Positions 58,525-64,000 of a stretch of 64,000 bases of DNA are shown here, piece by piece. Within the stretch, counting starts at the first letter, position 1, and each line of letters starts with the position of its first letter. The position numbers were made by a program, and so were the translations under genes. The notes beneath the pieces are model-generated. The model saw only the letters and a list, made by a program, of their open reading frames with translations. It was not told the origin of the DNA and did no database searches. The stretch is from Candidatus Micrarchaeota archaeon (GTDB lineage Archaea > Micrarchaeota > Micrarchaeia > Micrarchaeales > CABMGC01): positions 27,829 through 91,828 of the forward strand of contig JAGWGX010000001.1 in NCBI GenBank assembly GCA_028867145.1. Direction: 5' to 3'.

Positions 58525-58833
58525 ATGACGAAGATAGAGGTTGGAAAAGTTTCCGAAATAAAAGTTGGCGAGATGAAGAGCGTCACGGTAGGGGAGAACA
58601 GGGTTCTCGTGGCAAACGTTGAGGGAAAGCTCTACGCGATGCGGGCAATCTGCCACCACGAGGGAGGGCCGCTTGACGAGGGGATGCTGGACAACAAGAA
58701 TGTTACCTGCCCCTGGCACGGCTCCACATGGGATGTGACTACAGGCAAGCTTGTCTGGTTCACGCTTCCGCTCGAAGACGAGCCGATCTATCCGGTAATA
58801 ATCGAGGGGGAGAAGGTTTTCGTGGAGGCCTAA
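58525..58833 (+). CDS. Rieske [2Fe-2S] domain ferredoxin
   Basis: CHHEGGPL (CxH) and CPWHGSTW (CxxH). Confidence 0.85.
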   Translation: MTKIEVGKVSEIKVGEMKSVTVGENRVLVANVEGKLYAMRAICHHEGGPLDEGMLDNKNVTCPWHGSTWDVTTGKLVWFTLPLEDEPIYPVIIEGEKVFVEA

Positions 58834-59129
58834 AGATTGCCGCTGATGCTGTCGATCCTCTTTGCGAGGACAAAGTCCAGCTCCGTTATTCCGCCCTCAT
58901 CGTGAGTCGCTATGTCAAGCGCTACCTTGTTGTAAACATTTTGTATCTCAGGATGGTGGTTTAGGGAAGTCGCTATTTGCGCAAGATTGTCTATGAATCC
59001 TATCGCCTGCTCGAAGCTGTCGAACTTGAACTCCTTGTGCAGCTTGCCGTTTGCAATCTGCCAGTTTCTTATCGTCCGCAGTTTTTCCTGCACCTCCAAA
59101 TTACTCAGCCTCATAAGAGCACCATGCAT
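58830..59129 (-). CDS. Pterin-4-alpha-carbinolamine dehydratase (PCD/DCoH)
   Basis: KLHKEFKFDSFEQAIGFIDNLAQIATSLNHHPEIQNVYNKVALDIATHDEGGIT matches the PCD signature (HHP...N.YN.V...L.TH). Confidence 0.8.
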   Translation of the reverse strand: MHGALMRLSNLEVQEKLRTIRNWQIANGKLHKEFKFDSFEQAIGFIDNLAQIATSLNHHPEIQNVYNKVALDIATHDEGGITELDFVLAKRIDSISGNL

Positions 59130-59226
59130 AATTCATAGTCACGATTTATAAACTTCGTATCTGCATACGCTAACTGACTGAGCGCATGGCCTTTAAAAGA
59201 ATGAGGCTGTAACTAGAACTGATAAT

Positions 59227-59907
59227 ATGGCTAAGATTGCAGGAATTGGACAGAGGGCCTTGGTCGAAGCAGTAGGAGTTTTCTTCCTGACATTTATAGG
59301 AGCGGGAGCGGTTATTGCCTCGCAGTTTGCAGGAGTTGGGAGTTCCGGGCTTCTCGTAGTGGCACTTGCAAATGGACTTGCTCTTGCTCTTGCTGTCTCA
59401 TTTGCAATGAACATCTCGGGAGGGCATATCAATCCTGCAATCACAGTCGCAGCGTTTGTAAACAGGGCAATAAGCGCAAGAGATGGGCTAGTTTACATAT
59501 GCGCGCAGCTAATCGGAGCTATGGTCGCTGGGTTCCTTCTTCTTTTAGTATACCCTTCGGTTGCAGGGACGATGGTGAACTACGGCACGCCCGCGCTTGG
59601 CGCATCAGTTAGCGCGATGCAGGGAATACTCTTTGAGGCGATAATGACATTCATCCTCGCCTTTACAGTTATGGGAACCGTTGTAGACCAAAGAGCGCCC
59701 AAAATCGCTGGATTCGGGGTTGGACTTGCGGTGGTCATCGATGTTCTTGCGGGAGGGCCGTTCACCGGAGCAGCTATGAATCCTGCGAGATGGTTTGGCC
59801 CCGCGCTTGCATCAGGCTTCTTCGTGAACTGGTATGTTTACATTGTAGGTCCACTACTTGGCGCAATCGTAGCTGCGGTAATCTATAAATATTGTGTAAT
59901 GAAATAG
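59227..59907 (+). CDS. aqpM: MIP family aquaporin/aquaglyceroporin
   Basis: Two NPA boxes, GGHINPAIT and AAMNPARWFG, in a six-TM layout. Confidence 0.9.
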   Translation: MAKIAGIGQRALVEAVGVFFLTFIGAGAVIASQFAGVGSSGLLVVALANGLALALAVSFAMNISGGHINPAITVAAFVNRAISARDGLVYICAQLIGAMVAGFLLLLVYPSVAGTMVNYGTPALGASVSAMQGILFEAIMTFILAFTVMGTVVDQRAPKIAGFGVGLAVVIDVLAGGPFTGAAMNPARWFGPALASGFFVNWYVYIVGPLLGAIVAAVIYKYCVMK

Positions 59908-59916
59908 GAGTTTTTA

Positions 59917-60570
59917 ATGAGGCTTGTTGTTCCACTAAGAAAGCAAAGAGCAGACTCTTCCTATGAATGCGGGCCAGCTTGCACAAGCATGATATTTAAT
60001 TACTACAAAGAGGCCATGGGGATAAAGGAGATTTGCAAGGACATGAAAGTACACAAAAACATGGGAACTTTCGGTCCACAGATAGGAAATTATTTCTTGA
60101 GGAATGGTTTTGATGTTGAGATAGTCTCATTCAACCCGTTTGCGTTCACAAACAATGACAAAAGGATGAAGAAGAAGGAACTTATAAAAAGATTTGAGCT
60201 CCTTAGAAGTAAATCAAAGAGAAAGGAGAACAAATTAGGGAGCAGGTATTATACGGAGTACCTTAAAAATGGAGGAAGGGTCAAAGTTCAGATACCGAAC
60301 AAAAAGGAGATTGTTTCAGAGATACGTAAGGGGAGACCTCTGATAGCTTTACTTACTTCCAGATTTTTGCTGGGCAAAAAACCCGGATTCAATTTCCACT
60401 TTTGTGTGGTTACGGGTTTTGATAAAAAATATGTTTATGTAAACGACCCGCTTCCAAGCAAGGTTGGGGGAAAACAAAAATACTTATTTGAGGATTTCAT
60501 CTTTGGGATACATGCTGCATCATATGGAGCAATAGACAATTGCTCAATAATCAAAATAAGGAAGGGATAA
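59917..60570 (+). CDS. Papain-like cysteine peptidase, C39-like
   Basis: Candidate catalytic Cys context SSYECGPACTSMIFNYY and His context FNFHFCVVTGFDKKYVYVNDP. Confidence 0.5.
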   Translation: MRLVVPLRKQRADSSYECGPACTSMIFNYYKEAMGIKEICKDMKVHKNMGTFGPQIGNYFLRNGFDVEIVSFNPFAFTNNDKRMKKKELIKRFELLRSKSKRKENKLGSRYYTEYLKNGGRVKVQIPNKKEIVSEIRKGRPLIALLTSRFLLGKKPGFNFHFCVVTGFDKKYVYVNDPLPSKVGGKQKYLFEDFIFGIHAASYGAIDNCSIIKIRKG

Positions 60571-60615
60571 TAGAACCTTAAGAATTTACCAACTGGGCTC
60601 CGCTATTTAAAATTA

Positions 60616-62022
60616 TTGAGTCCATATGGATACGTTTTAATGGATAGGAAAAACTCCCTTTTAGCTCAGAAAATATACGAGCGGGTCCTAAGGGAGATAA
60701 AGCCGAGCAAGCTTGAGATCGAGACAACGATCTCTAGCTCCAACAAGGTGATGGCACGTCTTAGGAAGATAGTCCCAAAGAACGTGGAGCTGATGGTGGT
60801 TGGAAGCATCGCAAGGAGCACCAACCTCAAGGGAGACCACGACATTGACATCTTCATGCTCTTTGACAAGAGGGTTCCAAAGGGCAAAATGGAAGAGCTG
60901 GGGGTTGAGTACGGAAGGAAGATAGTGAACGCGAAAAAAGGGGAAAAATACGAGCTAAAGTACGCGCAGCATCCTTACTCAAGGCTGCACCTAAACGAGC
61001 TTAACATAAAAATAGACCTGGTGCCGGCGTACAAGATAGACAATGTCGAGGAGCTTGCGACCGCGGTGGACAGGACGCCCTTCCACACCAAATTTCTCAA
61101 TGAGCACCTCAGCGATAGGCAAAGGGATGATGTGAGGCTGCTAAAATACATGCTAAAAAACCACAGCATCTACGGAGCGGAGGTGAAGATAAAGGGCTTT
61201 TCGGGTTATTTGTGCGAGCTACTCGTCTACTATTTTGGCTCTTTTGAAAAGCTGCTTGAGGGCGCTGCAAACTTCAAGATGCCGCTTTGCATAGTACCTG
61301 GGGAAAAGGAGGCAAAGGTGGACAAAGGCATCTTCAAGAAGTTCAACTCCGAGTTTGTGGTCATCGACCCCGTGGACAAGAACAGAAATGTCGCGGCGGG
61401 GGTATCAATTGAGTCGCTATCGAGATTTGTTTTCATCGCAAGGCAATTCTTGGAAAAACCTGATGTAAAGCTCTTCTTTGGAGAGGGCTTTTCCTCCTCG
61501 CAGGTGCACAAGAAAGTAACAGAGTTTGTAAAGAAATCCAACTTGGATTCGTATCTGTTAATAACAGGCGTCCCTAATAAAAGCGAGGACATTGTCTGGC
61601 CGCAGCTCAAGAAAACTTCCGAAATAATAGCGGCGCACGCAAAAAGATTTGGTTTTGAGATCTATCTAAACGCTGTATGGATTGACAAACTAGAGGGCAT
61701 GATTTTGTTCTTGGTGCCCAAGGGGAAGATCGAGACAAGAATGTTTGTGGGCCCAAGCATCTTCCAGAAGAATGCGGCGGTGCCATTTGCAAAGGCCCAC
61801 AAGAATGCGATAGGGCTTTTCCTAGAGCAAGACAGGATAGCCGCACTTGATTTCAACAGGTACGTGACGGTTGAGGAACTGCTAAAGGACGTGGTCAAAG
61901 GCAGAGTCATAGAGAAAAGAAAGGACATTAGGATAAGGGGATCAAAGTTGCTAGTAAATTCCATACCCAAGGAATACTCAGGACAGATTTTCGTAGAGCT
62001 GCGCAACAAGCTAAAGATATGA
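60616..62022 (+). CDS. cca: CCA-adding enzyme (archaeal class I tRNA nucleotidyltransferase)
   Basis: VVGSIARSTNLKGDHDIDIFMLF, KYAQHPY and VDRTPFHTKF. The start may be ATG 60640. Confidence 0.9.
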   Translation: MSPYGYVLMDRKNSLLAQKIYERVLREIKPSKLEIETTISSSNKVMARLRKIVPKNVELMVVGSIARSTNLKGDHDIDIFMLFDKRVPKGKMEELGVEYGRKIVNAKKGEKYELKYAQHPYSRLHLNELNIKIDLVPAYKIDNVEELATAVDRTPFHTKFLNEHLSDRQRDDVRLLKYMLKNHSIYGAEVKIKGFSGYLCELLVYYFGSFEKLLEGAANFKMPLCIVPGEKEAKVDKGIFKKFNSEFVVIDPVDKNRNVAAGVSIESLSRFVFIARQFLEKPDVKLFFGEGFSSSQVHKKVTEFVKKSNLDSYLLITGVPNKSEDIVWPQLKKTSEIIAAHAKRFGFEIYLNAVWIDKLEGMILFLVPKGKIETRMFVGPSIFQKNAAVPFAKAHKNAIGLFLEQDRIAALDFNRYVTVEELLKDVVKGRVIEKRKDIRIRGSKLLVNSIPKEYSGQIFVELRNKLKI

Positions 62023-62023
62023 T

Positions 62024-62584
62024 TTAGAGCGCGAACTCCCTTTCCTTCTTGATCACATGCAAAAGCTCGTGAAGGAGGTCTATCTGCCTGTTTTTCCTCT
62101 TGAATTTTCCGTTTGCAATTTGTACCATCGCTGTAATGGAATTCTTACCGCTCATCAGCTCATATGTTTTGGCATAGTTTTTCTGCGCTGAGGCCCCGCA
62201 GTAGTCTATCGCCTCGCTAACCACATTATCGCGTATCTTTTCGGTGGGATATCTCCTCTCAATCAGCCTTTTCCTGATTGTCTCAAGGTGCTCTCGCAGC
62301 ACAATTGCAACTGCGCCCGGAACTTTTATGTCGCAAAGCAAATGGCCCTCAAAAATAAGGGTATGCCTTCTGTTTGATTTGACGATTTTCCCGATCTCTC
62401 TTTCAAGTCCCTTAATTTTTACGATCTTAGAGCCGAACTTATCCTTCCCTAGGTAAAGCTTGTGATTTTTGGCAATAGAATTTGCGTCATATAGCCTAGA
62501 TCCGACTAATCTTTTTGAGAGCATCTTGGAGATGGTTGTCTTCCCCACGCCTGGGGTGCCAGTTATCACGATTACCTTATTCAT
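62024..62584 (-). CDS. Fap7/AK6-like adenylate kinase (ribosome-biogenesis NTPase)
   Basis: VIVITGTPGVGKTTISKML P-loop, LIFEGHLLCD, AIVLREHLETIRKRLIERRY. The start is set at ATG 62584 (ATGA overlap with the upstream gene). The longer track ORF is an artefact. Confidence 0.75.
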   Translation of the reverse strand: MNKVIVITGTPGVGKTTISKMLSKRLVGSRLYDANSIAKNHKLYLGKDKFGSKIVKIKGLEREIGKIVKSNRRHTLIFEGHLLCDIKVPGAVAIVLREHLETIRKRLIERRYPTEKIRDNVVSEAIDYCGASAQKNYAKTYELMSGKNSITAMVQIANGKFKRKNRQIDLLHELLHVIKKEREFAL

Positions 62585-63177
62585 AGCCTGCCCTGTATGG
62601 AATCTAGCCTGAAGTTTATCTCGTCCCTGCTCTCCTCGATGTTTAGTATTACGCTGCTGGGAGGGTTTATGCTCAGGTTGTAGTTTTTCTCCCCCGAGAA
62701 AAGCCAGGAGCCAATAGTGTAGGTCTTGTAGGTAGTTGAAAGGTCCGCAACATATGTGCACGAACCAATTAGCCTTCCCACAAGCAGCTCGACTGCTGTG
62801 TCCTCCGCGGAGATTATTATGGTCTCTTCTCCCTCTTCATTTCGCTCAACCGAGACAGGTTTTATCATCGGAACATTCATGCTCTGGGCCTTTGCCTTTA
62901 TGTGGTCGTTTATCTGCGCATAAAGGGTGCTTGCGCTCTGCAGCTCTGCGGTGAAACGCCTCTCCTCATCCTCAAGGTTCTTTAGGAGGGAGTCAAAGTA
63001 GGAATTTACATCTCCCTTCATGTTGGAAACAATCTCCTTTGCATTCTGCTTACGTGCAAGCGCATTTTGGTCGGCGACAATCTCCTGCAGACTCACCACG
63101 TACTTGTCGCCAAGCTGCTTGTCGATTGTCTTGATGAAACTTGATGTCTCGGAGCTTATCCCAGTGTCCTCAGCCAT
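62581..63177 (-). CDS. Hypothetical protein (N-terminal coiled coil)
   Basis: 198-aa ORF translationally coupled to the Fap7-like gene. No recognised motif. Confidence 0.45.
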   Translation of the reverse strand: MAEDTGISSETSSFIKTIDKQLGDKYVVSLQEIVADQNALARKQNAKEIVSNMKGDVNSYFDSLLKNLEDEERRFTAELQSASTLYAQINDHIKAKAQSMNVPMIKPVSVERNEEGEETIIISAEDTAVELLVGRLIGSCTYVADLSTTYKTYTIGSWLFSGEKNYNLSINPPSSVILNIEESRDEINFRLDSIQGRL

Positions 63178-63249
63178 TTAACCACACTTACAGGTTTGCA
63201 TTTCCTTTTAATAAAGCTTTGCGGGAAATAGATAGTAGAGAGGGATTTA

Positions 63250-63489
63250 GTGGTCGGGGTAAAGGAGAGGATAGAAATTGACATCGAGAAGTTCAATTCG
63301 AGCGTCAAGAAGATCTCAGGCGCACAGCTAACGGAGAAGGAGAGGGAGATTGTGGAGCTCTCCAAGATGTATGCAAGCGACTGCAAGTCCTGGCTCGAGA
63401 AGGGGGACCTTTACACCTCGTTTTGCGCCATAGCCTACGCGCATGGGCTTATGGACTCGATACTAAAAATAAAGGGACTAATAGAGTGA
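63250..63489 (+). CDS. DUF357-family small protein
   Basis: MYASDCKSWLEKGDLYTSFCAIAYAHGLMDSIL matches the DUF357 pattern (Y..D......GD...A...i.YA.G.lD). GTG start. Confidence 0.6.
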   Translation: MVGVKERIEIDIEKFNSSVKKISGAQLTEKEREIVELSKMYASDCKSWLEKGDLYTSFCAIAYAHGLMDSILKIKGLIE

Positions 63490-63493
63490 AGAT

Positions 63494-64000
63494 ATGCTTG
63501 TTTTGGAAGGAAAGGCAAAGATAAAGACTGACGAGAGCACCTTCTACAATCCAAAGATGAGGGGGCTAAGGGACCTCTCAATTCTTTTCCTAAATGCAAT
63601 GGACATGAAAAAATACTCCTTGCTTGATGCAACCTCGGCAACAGGGGTGCGTGGGATAAGGTATGTCTTGGAGGCAGGCGCAGGAGAGACGACATTTTTG
63701 GAAATAAATAGGAAGGCGTACCTGAATGCAAAAAAGAATGTGAGCCAGAACAGTATTTCAGCTTCGGTTCTAAATGAGAGCATACAGCAGTTCTGCAACA
63801 CTAACGATGAAAGCTTTGATGCAATAGATCTTGATCCCTTTGGGAGCGCTGCACCGTATATTTACGACATCATGAAAGTCGCAAGGGACGGGACCCTACT
63901 CATGGTGACAGCGACCGACACCGCGGTGCTTTGCGGAGCGGACTTTAACGCGTGCGTAAAGAATTATGCTTCCCTCCCATTGCACAACGAGCTGTGCCAT
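63494..64000 (+). CDS. trm1: tRNA (guanine(26)-N2)-dimethyltransferase Trm1 (3'-partial at window edge)
   Basis: My translation is MLVLEGKAKIKTDESTFYNPKMRGLRDLSI...LDATSATGVRGIRY...DLDPFGSAAPY...TATDTAVLCG. These are the classic Trm1 blocks. The ORF is open to the window end. Confidence 0.85.
   Translation, partial: MLVLEGKAKIKTDESTFYNPKMRGLRDLSILFLNAMDMKKYSLLDATSATGVRGIRYVLEAGAGETTFLEINRKAYLNAKKNVSQNSISASVLNESIQQFCNTNDESFDAIDLDPFGSAAPYIYDIMKVARDGTLLMVTATDTAVLCGADFNACVKNYASLPLHNELCH

Noticed and set aside
58081-58719. A 212-aa antisense ORF spanning the 57520 membrane-protein gene and the Rieske gene.
   Set aside because: It crosses a gene boundary, is rich in L/R/P/V and has no motifs. Both sense genes are well supported.
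62585-62761. An N-terminal 59-aa extension of the Fap7-like kinase ORF. There are similar extensions at 33327..33425 (MNT) and 49477..49509 (archease).
   Set aside because: The extensions overlap upstream genes. The internal ATGs give canonical N-termini, with the P-loop at residue about 9 and PHTADVAF near the N-terminus. The internal ATGs at 62584 and 33326 also place each start right after the upstream gene's stop (a 4-nt ATGA overlap at 62584, a 65-nt gap at 33326).
1-64000. A search for CRISPR arrays, rRNA genes, transposases/IS elements and long direct repeats.
   Set aside because: No regularly spaced 25-40-bp repeats, rRNA-like conserved stretches or DDE/serine/tyrosine recombinase motifs were recognised. 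The only repeats are the low-complexity coding tracts and short palindromes reported above.

Overview
This is a gene-dense archaeal chromosomal segment, about 47% GC by eye, with almost no non-coding DNA. The archaeal assignment rests on aIF2-gamma, ribosomal protein S6e, Cdc48, Top6B, an aDim2-type KH protein, class-I CCA-adding enzyme, Trm1, archease, a Dpo4-type polymerase, intron-containing tRNAs and class III (archaeal type IV pilin) signal peptides. A non-canonical tRNA intron, LamG-rich pilin-like giants and the small housekeeping genes suggest a small-genome, DPANN-like archaeon, but that is inference only.

Two accessory blocks stand out.

(1) Positions 1-12448 hold a co-directional, partly translationally coupled cluster. 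It encodes four paralogous polytopic membrane proteins that share an invariant R..TR..GG motif, two paralogous bitopic proteins, and a VirB4/HerA-type P-loop ATPase. It also encodes a stand-alone copy of that ATPase's C-terminal tail, a Zn-ribbon membrane protein, a coiled-coil wHTH protein, a tiny basic protein and a 792-aa heavily sequon-rich bitopic surface protein. I read this as a candidate uncharacterised T4SS/Ced/Ted-like envelope translocation system. No relaxase, coupling protein or integrase is visible.

(2) Positions 25368-47113 hold a Tad/Epd-like type IV filament locus. It has a coiled-coil wHTH protein, a FlaI/TadA-type ATPase, and split TadB/TadC-like platform genes. Seven pilin-like genes follow. 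Three of them are giants of 738-1152 aa built from LamG and beta-propeller modules, and one carries a roughly 240-aa glycine-rich C-terminal domain. The locus is interrupted by a HEPN-MNT toxin-antitoxin pair and a DUF4143-type AAA ATPase.

Other notable items:
- tRNA-Gln(CUG) with an insert in the D-loop.
- tRNA-Cys with atypical D and T loops.
- tRNA-Ile with a canonical intron.
- A CBS x4-HPF-like fusion.
- A Nudix-UDG fusion.
- An archaeosortase-like protein.
- A HicAB pair next to tRNA-Cys.
- Top6B whose conserved N-terminus lies upstream of any canonical start codon.

No rRNA, CRISPR array, transposase or integrase was seen. All family assignments come from motif recognition by eye and need HMM or structure searches to confirm.
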